From the NCBI GenBank assembly GCA_041660765.1, contig JBAZVR010000003.1:20242-84241 (forward strand): a stretch of DNA of 64,000 nt, written 5' to 3'. The notes below the pieces were generated by a model that saw nothing but the letters and a program-made list of their open reading frames with translations, did not search any database and had not been told where the DNA came from. Made by a program: the position numbers and the translations under genes. This document shows positions 38,401 through 45,702 of the stretch, piece after piece; position 1 is the stretch's first letter, and every line of letters begins with the position of its first letter. This DNA is from Candidatus Babeliaceae bacterium (GTDB lineage: Bacteria; Babelota; Babeliae; Babelales; Babelaceae).

Positions 38401-41365
38401 CATTCGTAATATCATTATTAACAATTAACGATGTTGATAATGTGCCACTTGCATCAGTATGCACAACACCAACGCTATTAAGATCATCAATTTTTACATT
38501 ACCTGCAGCATTAATATTAATCGCTTCTACACCATTGACATCAAATGATAACGTATTTGCTACAGGTGCTGAAAACCCCGTATTAGTACTGCCAGAAAAT
38601 TGCAATGATGGAGATGCAATGCTGCCTGCTGGTAACGTTAAATTGCCCGTTACCGTTCCACCACTTGATGGCAGCTTGCTATTTAGTTGTGTTTGCACCG
38701 ACGATGTTGTGCCGGATAGAAAGCCTAATTCTGTTGCTGTTGTAACGCTAGAAGCAAGCTGACTACTGCCGTCTGTTACAACTGCTTTATTAGGCGTAAG
38801 CCCGCCAACAATAAGATTCCCATCAGTTTTGAGTATACCTGCAGCACTGCGATATATATTAGTGTCTGCGTCCAAAACAATTTTTGTACCGGCGTTTGGT
38901 AATTGCACTTGGTTATTAACGCCATCAAGTTGCATAACTATATATTTTGGAATAGTAGCTTGTCCGCCTGCGGGATCATTATTTTGGTAGTTAAATGCGA
39001 GCTCTGCTGTCGTTGCATTTTTGTTAATGTCCCATCCACGCAAGGCGCCGGTGGTACCAACAGGAGATGCGGTATCAGAGGCTAATCGTACACCAACAAC
39101 TTTTGTGTAATCAGTTGTTATTGCATCTACATGTGCATCATCATTAGAGATAACTGACAATGTTGACGGATTGGCTAAAGAATTTACATAGCTAATAGCT
39201 TCAGTTGAATATAATGATGGTATATAATCAAGTTGCGGTTTATTGCCAGCTCCAATAGCTACTTGCAGAAGTGTTGTACGGGTATTACTGAGTGAACCAA
39301 TATTTAATGCATTTGCATCATCTTGATCGAAAAAGGCCAAATCAACATTGGCAGAATTGGCGATACTTATTTTATCACTAGTGGCAGAGCCGGCATTAAA
39401 ATTTAATGTTGAACTGCCCTGCTGAACAATATCATTGGTACAATTAAGGATAAACGTTCCTGATAAACTCAGTTGCGTTGATGATGTATCTGCAGGCGTG
39501 CCCACTACACACGCTGTGGTATAGTTTTCTATTTGCCCGGCAGAAACAATTGCGCTACCAGAATTTTCAACTTGCAATGCTATTGCATGAGAACTACCAA
39601 CAGAGTTGATGCCATTAAAAACACCGCCAGAAATAGTAGCTAAGCTACCAGCATCATACACTTGAATATTAGTAACAGTTCCTGTTATAGCAACCGTTTG
39701 GAAAAAGCATGACTGTGCTATTAATTGCGCGCCGGTTGTTTGTATAATACCGTTGGTATTGTTCCTAAATAAGACCGATGTTGCGTCAAAAGTTATACCA
39801 TCGCTTATAGTAAAACCCGTTATACAATTTGTACAAAGGCCTCCAGAATACAGGATTGCCCCACTGGAGCCAGTCGCCATAATCCCAGTATTTGCCGGAG
39901 TGTTTGTTAAAGAACCTTGTATGGTACAATTATTACAAACAACAATTGGATTATTAATATTTAATCCTGTTGTATTAAGTATAAAATTACACAAATCGAA
40001 TACATAGGTACTGCCTGATCCAGCGCATGATACACCGGTATTAAAATTTAAAAATCTGACGGCACTTAAGTGCGAGACGTTATTGGCGCCAGAAAGAACA
40101 ACGCCTGTCGCTGTTGATACACCGCCAGCATTAAAAGATAGATTATCAATACGCGTAGTTACTATGCATGATACAAGATCATTGGATAGCGTATTGGGAA
40201 GAATAAATACAGAATTGGTTGCTTCGCCTACAATCGAAATGCCGCCAGCGGTAACTGCAATTGGCCCTGCGCTATTATTTTCTACATAAACACCTGAATA
40301 TATAAAAATAGTAAGAGGGTTTGATGGGCTTGCTATAGTGTTTGCCAAATTGATTGCTTGAGCAAGGCTTGCAAATGGTGACGTAAGAGAACCATCGCCT
40401 GTTATATCACTGCCGTATTTTGCAACATAAATAGTTCTACTTATAGTTGGTACAACGTTTGCACCAGAAGTAAACCATTCCAAATTTGTTGGAGTAAGTG
40501 CATTAGCTCGTAATGTTTGGTTTGCTAAAGGTATTGTTGATGGCAACGACAATGTATAACTGAGTGGGACGGTTGTTGGTGCATTAAGCCCGACAAAATT
40601 TGTTCCAGCGGCCTCTTGAAACTGAACACCATTTTGCGTAGCAAATGCCAAATTGCCCGTCATGGTATCTCCAGACTTGAGAACGTTGAGTGATGCCGCT
40701 CCAGCAACATTACCTGTTACATCGCCGACAATACTGGCATTGACGGTTGCTGCTGTTAATGTATTGACATTGTCAATATTGTTAAAAGCATCAAGCGTGA
40801 CAAACGTTGATTTTATATTTCTTGGGCCGTTTGCTGGATCTGTTGTCGTCAGAGCATTATCAACAAAAAATATTGCTTGCGAAGAAACATTACCGCCTCC
40901 TATTGGTGGGGCTGGTGGCGCCGTGTATATCAAGTTACCAAAACCATCACTGGCTAAAAACGTACCTGCTCCACCAGCAATGCTGGGCCAGCTTATGGTA
41001 ATTCCATTTTTAGTAATTCCGTCAATAGTAATGTTGCCAGCATCATCGACAAGAACTGATGAATCTTTAATAACCGTACCAGATGTATCTGCAAAACGTG
41101 GCACTGCATTGAGAGTAGATGATGCCGGCCCCTGAACATTACCGCTGCCACCGCCGCTGCTACCGCTAGCACTAATAATTGAATTGGCAATAATATGATT
41201 AACATACAGGGTATTGCCGATGGTGGCATTGCCAGGGATAAAAAGATCTTGCGCTCGCAATCCAGTAATTACATTAACGTGTTGAAATGTTTTATCTGTG
41301 GCTGTTCTACCAAATAAAGATAATGGTAAAAAAACAGCGAATGCTAATATTCTTATACGATACAT
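29450..41365 (-). CDS. giant (about 3971 aa) secreted mosaic protein with tail-fibre-like repeats and beta-helix-like modules, paralog of 21917..29446
   Basis: ORF 29450..41383. ATG 41365 is preceded by AAGGATGG and gives the signal peptide MYRIRILAFAVFLPLSLFG. Contains three beta-helix-like modules (starting at about 40440, 37975 and 34505), an internal knob (about 34990-35375), a long GDTMTG repeat array and a C-terminal domain ending WYRIGRG. Confidence 0.9.
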   Translation of the reverse strand: MYRIRILAFAVFLPLSLFGRTATDKTFQHVNVITGLRAQDLFIPGNATIGNTLYVNHIIANSIISASGSSGGGSGNVQGPASSTLNAVPRFADTSGTVIKDSSVLVDDAGNITIDGITKNGITISWPSIAGGAGTFLASDGFGNLIYTAPPAPPIGGGNVSSQAIFFVDNALTTTDPANGPRNIKSTFVTLDAFNNIDNVNTLTAATVNASIVGDVTGNVAGAASLNVLKSGDTMTGNLAFATQNGVQFQEAAGTNFVGLNAPTTVPLSYTLSLPSTIPLANQTLRANALTPTNLEWFTSGANVVPTISRTIYVAKYGSDITGDGSLTSPFASLAQAINLANTIASPSNPLTIFIYSGVYVENNSAGPIAVTAGGISIVGEATNSVFILPNTLSNDLVSCIVTTRIDNLSFNAGGVSTATGVVLSGANNVSHLSAVRFLNFNTGVSCAGSGSTYVFDLCNFILNTTGLNINNPIVVCNNCTIQGSLTNTPANTGIMATGSSGAILYSGGLCTNCITGFTISDGITFDATSVLFRNNTNGIIQTTGAQLIAQSCFFQTVAITGTVTNIQVYDAGSLATISGGVFNGINSVGSSHAIALQVENSGSAIVSAGQIENYTTACVVGTPADTSSTQLSLSGTFILNCTNDIVQQGSSTLNFNAGSATSDKISIANSANVDLAFFDQDDANALNIGSLSNTRTTLLQVAIGAGNKPQLDYIPSLYSTEAISYVNSLANPSTLSVISNDDAHVDAITTDYTKVVGVRLASDTASPVGTTGALRGWDINKNATTAELAFNYQNNDPAGGQATIPKYIVMQLDGVNNQVQLPNAGTKIVLDADTNIYRSAAGILKTDGNLIVGGLTPNKAVVTDGSSQLASSVTTATELGFLSGTTSSVQTQLNSKLPSSGGTVTGNLTLPAGSIASPSLQFSGSTNTGFSAPVANTLSFDVNGVEAININAAGNVKIDDLNSVGVVHTDASGTLSTSLIVNNDITNGTITDVKLATISTPGKVANSATTATSLDTPNAIVARDGSGDFAAGTITSSLIGNVTGASSLNVLKTGDTMTGNLTMATANAVRFQDGAGANYVGLNAPALVASNYTLSLPSTIPTAHQVMWANATTPTNLEWVTSGGTVIPAASRIIYVAQYGNDTTGDGSFATPYASLAKAVNVANTLSTTANPIAISIMPGVYTENNSAGPIAITAGGISIIGDAPTGVVIRPNTLSNDLISATTAVQFTNITFRATGVSTASAVTLAGSGNTSNFIAVSFFNFNTGVACGGSNGVYLFDICFFVNNGTALNVNNAQVQCSECNIRGSLTSTPANTGIAATGAAAQILYSGGLCLLCDTAFNIAGNALFGGKSITFRLNNSDIFQASGAQLTLEACSFVHTSSASPFTSIQSSGAGTMATIAGCIFDYTGTPTTSTAIQVTDQAQLVIDSGSINNYVNAFVVGVPADTASTQLNASGVSISNCTNDMVQRGTSTLVFSSGTATGSKIVVNDSTNIALAYFDVEDNYALNIGNLTNDNFTLLHAALGLPNDPQLDYRSSLYSTRGMGFYNPPPASTTLFVESNSGAMLTAITTDRTQPSGVRLVSDTASPVGTTGALRGWDINKIGTAAELVFNYQNSDSFGQAVIPEYTIMQLDGVNNQVQLPSASTKIVLDTDTNLYRGATGTLKTDGNLIVGGLTANRAVATDGSSQLVSSATTAAELGFLVGTTSDIQTQLNSKVAKAGDTMTGTLQLPAGSTAAPTLVFTGSTTTGLSASAGALSLSTSGLERMKISSGGTVSINNLTPAGIVHNDVSGNLTSSLIVNADVDPAAAIVDTKLATISTAGKVANSATTATSGLGANTIVERDGSNNFSAGTITATLIGAASLNVLKSGDTMTGALTLPAGTAASPALKFSGSINTGLSSPTVDALSFDVNGTEALNIASSGNITVNNFTGTAGVVHNSALGVLTSSLIINSDITPATISNASLATISSTDTAGNIVVRDGTGNFATNMITLDGTVTNPTDAATKAYVDLVAGLGFVVKTPALVVSTTDTPITGLYTIDSVPLAANDRVLLVGQSTTTQNGLWLAQAGAWTRPADFATGTLAGRAYVLILSGTNNGGSSWLCSTPLAVIDTDPIAFTQFSLASQTTGANVGTGAGQIFRDKTGNTLNFKTLAAGTHMVVTNNADDVTLATDATNLNATGTIVARDNAGNFSAGTITAALIGAASLNVLKAGDTMTGNLTMATSNAVRLQDLAGVNYVGLNGPASVTSSYTLSLPSTTPAAHQVMQANAITPTQLEWFTPGGSVNPVTSRTIYVTTFGSDITGDGSSSNPYASLSKAITTANTISTAVNPVAILISSGVYTEDNSAGPLAITAGGVSVIGESTSSVIILPNTLSNNLISTTISAQFLNLSFSASGISTASAVSLSGSGNNTFFNNIDFTNFGTAVSCGGTSATYTFESCFFITNGVGLAINNASAICSNCIIEGSTTFTTPANVGISATGTGFVFFTGGLCIACATGFDISNGMNVTTQSITFRFNSNSIIQSTSAQLIVQGCTFEPNSLMPVVEIQVSGAGTDSKLSGCIFNGAPGDIGPTTAIQVTNQANVIVSGDQINNYTNALIIGTLGDTASTQLSASSLYITNCTTDITQQALATLNFTAGSASGNKIIINNPTNVGLAYFDQSDNNALNIGSATNADITLLHAAIGTANDPQLNYRSSLYSTESIGFYNPQPASSTLFVESNSGAHVTALTTDRTQAAGVRLVSDTASPVGTTGALRGWDINKNATSAELSFNYQNSDSFGQIVIPEYTIMQLDGVNNQVQLPNASTKIVLDADTNVYRGAANTLKTDGNLIVGGLTPNRAVATDGSSQLVSSTTTAAELDFLAGTTSSVQTQLNSKVAKAGDTMTGTLQLPAGSTAAPALVFTGSTTTGLSASAGALSLSTSAVERLKISSGGTISIDAFTTAGVVHNDALGNLSSSLIVNADVDPAAAIADTKLATISASGKVANTATTATNTNTPNTIVLRDGSGNFSAGTITANLIGNVIGNISPTGTFTVQAGTRAVPSIQFTGSTNTGFSAPEPNTLSFDINGIEAINISSSRGVLIDNFTGTAGIVHNDALGNLSSSLIVDADVSPSAAITDNKLATISTPGKVANSATTATSANLPNTIVLRDASGNFSAGTITAGLIGNVLGNVTGSASLNVLKSGDTMTGNLTLPAGTRAVPSLQFSGGTNTGLSSPSANTLSFDINGVEAINISSSRGVLIDNFTGTAGIVHNDALGNLSSSLIVNADVSPSAAITDDKLATISTSGKVANSATTATSVNLPNTIVLRDASGNFSAGTITAAFSGTVTGNVIGSASLNVLKAGDTMTGTLQLPAGSTAAPALVFTGSTTTGLSASTGNLSLSTSAVERLKISSSGTVTITGLTPAGVVHNDVSGNLSSSLIINADVDPAAAIIDTKLATISTAGKVANTATTATALDTAGAIVARDASGNFAAGTITAGLIGNVTGSASLNVLKSGDTMTGNLTLPAGTNISPSLKFSGSTNTGLSSPVANTLSLSINGTEAINIASSGNILIDNFTGTAGIVHNSALGLLTSSLIVDADVSPSAGIVDTKLATILTPGKVGNSATTATGANSSNTIVARDNLGNFAASTITANLLGNVTGSASLNVLKAGDTMTGTLTHPAGTRAAPSIQFTGSTNTGFSSPSANTLSFDVNGTEAINISSSGGILIDNFTGTAGVVHNSALGLLTSSLIVNSDITPGTISNASLASISSANTPNTIVLRDASGDFSAGTITAALIGNVTGAASLNVLKAGDTMTGSLVLPAGTAAVPALQFTGSTNTGFSAPTANTLSFDTNGAERMSVSSGSILMPTPLVTTNVRRDQAIQSATPTVGGSVTTLSTTSILILKNVVNVGGAGFTVRFPPSPIDGQFFTIVQGSTNSTTLVNTGGTGGAAIVNPVNSLAPGSNFTSSTNGAAVTYYYNATANTWYRIGRG
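29830..32860 (-). repeat. tandem coding repeat array, unit about 477 nt (159 aa), about 6-7 units
   Basis: Unit: SLNVLK.GDTMTG.L.LPAG....P.L.F.GS.NTG.S.P..NTLSF..NG.EAINI.SSG...ID.FTGTAG.VHN.ALG.L.SSLIV.ADV.P.A.I.D.KLATIS..GKVAN.ATTAT......IV.RDASGNF.AGTITA. Copies at about 31540-31725 and 32017-32202 are nearly identical. Confidence 0.85.
34955..35895 (-). repeat. near-identical block shared with 25560-26500 (inter-paralog)
   Basis: See the partner entry. Encodes the tail-fibre-tip-like knob and the adjacent GDTMTG repeat. Confidence 0.85.
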
Positions 41366-41419
41366 AGGCAAACCATCCTTCAATCTTGTACTACTTAATA
41401 TCTTCTTAAGGTTATTTAG

Positions 41420-41449
41420 GTATTACCATCCCCATACAGGTAAAATCAA
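41420..41449 (-). promoter_or_regulatory. putative promoter of the giant-gene operon
   Basis: On the minus strand: TTGATT (41449-41444), 18-nt spacer ending in TGG, TAATAC (41425-41420), about 55 nt upstream of ATG 41365. Confidence 0.3.
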
Positions 41450-41521
41450 GAAGTTATTGTTTCTGTAAACAAAGTTGCGTACACTAATAATCTATAGTTT
41501 TCTTAACCAGAGATTTTTATT

Positions 41522-41713
41522 ATGAAAAACCCCCAACTCAAGCTAGAAGGCATCGTGCTCATTCTTTTAGGACTGTTTTTTTTATTGTGGGCATACAAAT
41601 TAATTTTTCATATTTTTCTTATATGCATGGGAGCCATTATTCTTAACCGAGGATTAACCATTTCTGGTTACCCTTCACTTTTCTCTCGCATAACGCAATT
41701 GTTTTTTTATTAA
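41522..41713 (+). CDS. small hypothetical membrane protein (63 aa)
   Basis: Two predicted hydrophobic helices. Followed 15 nt later by a second membrane-protein ORF. Confidence 0.4.
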   Translation: MKNPQLKLEGIVLILLGLFFLLWAYKLIFHIFLICMGAIILNRGLTISGYPSLFSRITQLFFY

Positions 41714-41728
41714 TATATTGAGGGTAGT

Positions 41729-42424
41729 ATGAAAAGCACACAGCCATTTTCTATCAGCAAAGCAATCCACTTTGGCTTCCAAACAACGCTTGATAACTTT
41801 TTATTGATGCTGGGAGTTATGGCAACTGGCGGAATAATAAACGTTATTCGCTTTGGAGCAATACCGGGCATTTTTTTATTAATGTCATTTTTTTTATATC
41901 ATGCTTCTTATCCATCATTACCTCATACCATATTATCATTAGGCTCTTTCAAAGTTTTATTATCCGCACTTGTTATCTTTGTTATCTTTAAGTTAATTGA
42001 CAGTGTTGTGTCTCTTGGTTTCACAAAAATAACGTTATTGCTTCATGACAATAAGCCAACGCATTATTCTGATCTTTTTTCATGCGCGCATCTCGCTCTT
42101 AAACATTTCACCGCATCCGCATTATACGTACTTATTGTTGTGTGCGGGCTTATGTTGTTTATTGTTCCGGGCATATTATTCATGGTTATGTTCGGTTTTT
42201 TTTCTTACGCTATTGTTGATAAAGAACTGGGGCCGATAGATGCCCTCAAAGAAAGCTACCGCATCACCAATAATTCAAAATCATTACTCGTTAGTTTATT
42301 CATTATTCTTATTGCGCTGAATGCACTTGGCGGGGCGTGTTGTGGTCTTGGTTTGCTTATTACGTACCCCATGACAGCACTTGCATGTGCATATGTCTAT
42401 CGTGCACTCCAAGCGCAGCAATAA
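41729..42424 (+). CDS. hypothetical polytopic membrane protein
   Basis: 231-aa ORF preceded by GAGGGTAG, with 5-6 hydrophobic segments. Family not securely recognised. Confidence 0.55.
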   Translation: MKSTQPFSISKAIHFGFQTTLDNFLLMLGVMATGGIINVIRFGAIPGIFLLMSFFLYHASYPSLPHTILSLGSFKVLLSALVIFVIFKLIDSVVSLGFTKITLLLHDNKPTHYSDLFSCAHLALKHFTASALYVLIVVCGLMLFIVPGILFMVMFGFFSYAIVDKELGPIDALKESYRITNNSKSLLVSLFIILIALNALGGACCGLGLLITYPMTALACAYVYRALQAQQ

Positions 42425-42429
42425 ACAGA

Positions 42430-43194
42430 TTATTTTTTATTGTTCTCTTCTAAGATTTGCTGCAAACAGGCTTCATTAAAAATAACATCTCTTATCGCTT
42501 TTGGATTGATAAGAACTTTTGGTTTATGTGTATAAACATTGTTTGTTGGGTCATGTGATATATCTGGACTTTGTTTTGCAAGACAGGCTTTGTGTAAGTC
42601 GTATATACCATCGATTTTTTCTAAGGTGATATCGCCACTAAAAACATTAAAAATATTATTAATAATAACATGTTTGTGAGATATATTTTTTAAAGCATAC
42701 TTGGTGGTTACAAGAGCTAAATTTTCCCACAAGCTGTGCTTTTCATCAAAATGTTCAGACGCAATATCTTCCTCCAAAATATCTGATAAGTGTCTTTTAT
42801 CAGAAAGAATTTTTTGCAAAGTAGCATTGTTAATAATAACTCGTATATAGGGATTGTTATGAGAATTGCCTTTGGGCGTTTTTGAAAAAAGTTCAGGCAT
42901 CCATGATGGGATAACTTTATCGCTTTTACGACTTTTTACTGCGGTCGCATGTTCCAGTTTAGTAATTCCTGCATGGTCCAGTGAATCGGGCAATTCATTG
43001 GGTGACATATGGCCTGCAAAGCAATTCACAAGCCCATTGATTGCGCCATATTTATTAGACATATTTTTAAGTGCCGCAAGCATGACAATTTTTTTCACGG
43101 TCTCAATTCGATCATCAGGTCTTGTGTCATCTTCCATGCATGCTATATACTGTGTATTCACAAAAAAACAGATCAATGCAATTATTTTTTTCAT
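42430..43194 (-). CDS. hypothetical secreted protein
   Basis: ORF 42430..43200 with signal-like N-terminus MKKIIALICFFVNTQYIAC. Contains two similar halves (...RVIINNATLQKILSDK / ...VLINPKAIRDVIFNEACLQQILEEN). Confidence 0.5.
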   Translation of the reverse strand: MKKIIALICFFVNTQYIACMEDDTRPDDRIETVKKIVMLAALKNMSNKYGAINGLVNCFAGHMSPNELPDSLDHAGITKLEHATAVKSRKSDKVIPSWMPELFSKTPKGNSHNNPYIRVIINNATLQKILSDKRHLSDILEEDIASEHFDEKHSLWENLALVTTKYALKNISHKHVIINNIFNVFSGDITLEKIDGIYDLHKACLAKQSPDISHDPTNNVYTHKPKVLINPKAIRDVIFNEACLQQILEENNKK

Positions 43195-43259
43195 AAACAA
43201 ACCCTCTCTGTTGTTAAAAATATTTATGAGGGGATCATAGTTTCATTTTTCTGTTTAGT

Positions 43260-45116
43260 CTATAGTTTTCTCTTGAATGTTTTTTCAATATCATGCACCG
43301 AAATAAGCCACGTTGTGGGCCTTCCGTGAGGGCATGTCATACGATTATGTGCGGTAGAAAGCTGATCGATAATCTGCTGCATTTCTTGTTCAGAAAGAAT
43401 ATCGCCCGCTTTAACAGCCGCCTTGCATGCCATTTGCGCATGTAGCTTTTCATGCAGTTGTTTAATAATTTCTTTTTTTTCTAATCCTGCATATTCAGTA
43501 ACCCAAACAATTGATTTGCGAATTAAATCATCGATAGATTGATGTTGCGCATGTATGGGTGTTGTCTTTACTAGTATTTTAATATAATTATTTTTTTGAT
43601 CTTGCTGTACTTCTAATGCTATGCCCCGCTCTTTAAAATAATCACCATAGGGTGCAATCACAGCATATTCTTCTTCCGTGAGCATAATAGTTTCTGGGAA
43701 TAATACTGCGACCGCAGGTACTTCTTCAAATGATGTTGCGTATTTTTCATACAAGATACGCTCATGCGCTGCATGCTGGTCAATCAGCACCAGCCCATCT
43801 GCATGCTCCGCTAGAATATATGTTTTTTTATACTGGTCTATCAAAAAATAATCTTGATGTTTAAGCGTGCGCATCTGGTTCGATACACCGCTTTCAGCGG
43901 CACTCACCATGAGCGCACCGGACTTTTTGCCTTCCCCTCGCTCATCCTGCTTGCTTACCTCTCGCTCATCCCGAGTAGACTGAAAGGCATATCGAGGGAC
44001 AGACATCATGGGCGCACTGGACATTTCGCCTACCCCCCGCTCATCCCGAGTGAATTTCGAAGAAATTAGTATCGAGGGATCGTAGTGAGAAACACCAGCA
44101 GACTTAGTAATATAACGGGACATATTACTTTCAAGCCGTTCTTTAACCATCTTTTCAATACCCAGCTCAATAATACGTGGATGCAAAAAACACACTTCTT
44201 CTTTGCGTGGGTGAATATTAATATCGACATGCTCTGTGTCGCATTCTATAAAAATGACGCCGGCAGGATATCGGCCATGAGGTAGAATAGAACTATATTG
44301 TTTGGTAATTGCCTGAATAAGTTTATAATTTTTGACCCAGCGTTTATTAACAAAAATAAAAAGTGAGTTGCGATCATAACGAGAAAAATAATTGTGTGAT
44401 ACTGCGCCAGTAAGTTTAATATTTTTAGCAGTATCTACGTGAGAACAGGTCAGCATTGCTTCTGCAAAAGTTCGATCAAATAATTGTGCAAGTCTATCGG
44501 GAAGTGTTGTAACTGCAGGGGCTTGAATGGCACAGGTGTCATCGTGCATTAGTGTAAAAGAACAGGTGTAATGCGCTAGGCTCAAAGCTTGCACAAGCTG
44601 AACAATTGCTCGCCATTCTGTTTCACGAGATTTTAAAAATTTTTGACGAGCAGGAACAGAATAAAATAAATTTTCTATGCGTATATCGGTGCCGGTATTA
44701 CATGCGCTTTGGGTAGTATTAACAACCGACTTATCCATAACAATGACGCGTGTACCTTCTTGATTAGATGCTTCTTTGGTAACGAGCGTAAAAAGAGAAA
44801 CTGACGATATGCTCGACAGTGCCTCACCTCTAAACCCAAACGATCGCACGTTTTTTAAATCATCGACTGTTTTTATTTTACTCGTTGCATGCGGCAATAC
44901 GCACATGAGGGCATCTTGTGGCGACATGCCACAACCATTATCAATGACGCGAATTAATTTTTTACCACCATCTTCTATATAAATAGTTATTTCGGTCGCA
45001 CCTGCATCAAGAGAGTTTTCTATCAGCTCTTTGACAATATTGGCAGGGCGCTCTACAACCTCGCCGGCAGCAATTTTTTGCGCCTCTAAAAGTGGTAACT
45101 GATAAATTTTTCCCAT
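43260..45116 (-). CDS. mutL: DNA mismatch repair protein MutL (endonuclease-type C-terminus)
   Basis: GHKL ATPase N-terminus (AAGEVVERPANIVKELIENSLDAGA, DNGCGM) and C-terminal DQHAAHERILYE motif (DQHAx2Ex4E). Confidence 0.95.
   Translation of the reverse strand: MGKIYQLPLLEAQKIAAGEVVERPANIVKELIENSLDAGATEITIYIEDGGKKLIRVIDNGCGMSPQDALMCVLPHATSKIKTVDDLKNVRSFGFRGEALSSISSVSLFTLVTKEASNQEGTRVIVMDKSVVNTTQSACNTGTDIRIENLFYSVPARQKFLKSRETEWRAIVQLVQALSLAHYTCSFTLMHDDTCAIQAPAVTTLPDRLAQLFDRTFAEAMLTCSHVDTAKNIKLTGAVSHNYFSRYDRNSLFIFVNKRWVKNYKLIQAITKQYSSILPHGRYPAGVIFIECDTEHVDINIHPRKEEVCFLHPRIIELGIEKMVKERLESNMSRYITKSAGVSHYDPSILISSKFTRDERGVGEMSSAPMMSVPRYAFQSTRDEREVSKQDERGEGKKSGALMVSAAESGVSNQMRTLKHQDYFLIDQYKKTYILAEHADGLVLIDQHAAHERILYEKYATSFEEVPAVAVLFPETIMLTEEEYAVIAPYGDYFKERGIALEVQQDQKNNYIKILVKTTPIHAQHQSIDDLIRKSIVWVTEYAGLEKKEIIKQLHEKLHAQMACKAAVKAGDILSEQEMQQIIDQLSTAHNRMTCPHGRPTTWLISVHDIEKTFKRKL
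43879..44080. repeat. dispersed repeat element lying in frame within the mutL linker
   Basis: Shares exact 14-mer TTCGATACACCGCT and 11-mer AGCGGCACTCA with 50235-50264, and exact 16-mer AAGAAATTAGTATCGA with 56821-56836. Also contains internal direct repeats (CGCTCATCCyG three times, CATGrGCGCACyGGAC twice, TATCGAGGGA twice). Confidence 0.7.
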
Positions 45117-45162
45117 ACATAAACCAATATAATTTTATAGGTAACTATCTATGCAAGTATAC

Positions 45163-45702
45163 TCAAAAAATGGGCGTAACGACAATCTTAAACGTATATT
45201 TTTGTGTATTTCTGGAGTTGTTTTTAATCGTAATCAATTCATGATTTTTATAGTCGGTTGCGCTTAAATTTTTCATATACTGTGCTAATACGCCAGGAGA
45301 GTCTGTTGTGCCCGATATAGCAATATGCTTATCTTGAATATATTCATACGATGTCCATTTTAATCGTGCCGGCATGAGTGGTATTAAGTTTATAAGATGG
45401 TTATAAAGTTGGGCGCTTTTGAGTGATAATTGTGATAAAGCCGTAGCGCATTCAGTATATATATTACGGCGCGTGACAAGCTGCTGTAATTTTTGTTCTT
45501 CTTTTTGTACATCAGTAACCGTAAGCTGTAGTGTTGCGCAGGCCCTTTTAAGCCGTATAATCTGTATATATTGTGCACATGTTATTGCTGCCAATAGCAA
45601 TAACATTATAATGCAGCAGGCAATCGAAATGTCCCACCATAGTTTAATACTTTTTTGAGATGTTTCTGATATTGTTGGGCATAAATTAAAAAAATTTTTC
45701 AT
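45163..45702 (-). CDS. PilN/PilO-like bitopic membrane protein (tentative)
   Basis: ORF 45163..45768, start moved to ATG 45702 (MKNFFNL...). Architecture matches PilN-like proteins: short N-terminus, one TM, a coiled-coil segment, then an alpha/beta domain of about 90 aa. Sequence similarity is only pattern-level. Confidence 0.4.
   Translation of the reverse strand: MKNFFNLCPTISETSQKSIKLWWDISIACCIIMLLLLAAITCAQYIQIIRLKRACATLQLTVTDVQKEEQKLQQLVTRRNIYTECATALSQLSLKSAQLYNHLINLIPLMPARLKWTSYEYIQDKHIAISGTTDSPGVLAQYMKNLSATDYKNHELITIKNNSRNTQKYTFKIVVTPIF

Noticed and set aside
21917-41383. Prophage or phage-tail (tailocin) interpretation of the tail-fibre-like genes
   Set aside because: No capsid, portal, terminase, sheath/tube, baseplate, integrase or lysis genes are visible in the flanks. 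Both proteins carry Sec-type signal peptides and are many times longer than phage fibres. A phage origin of the modules remains plausible.
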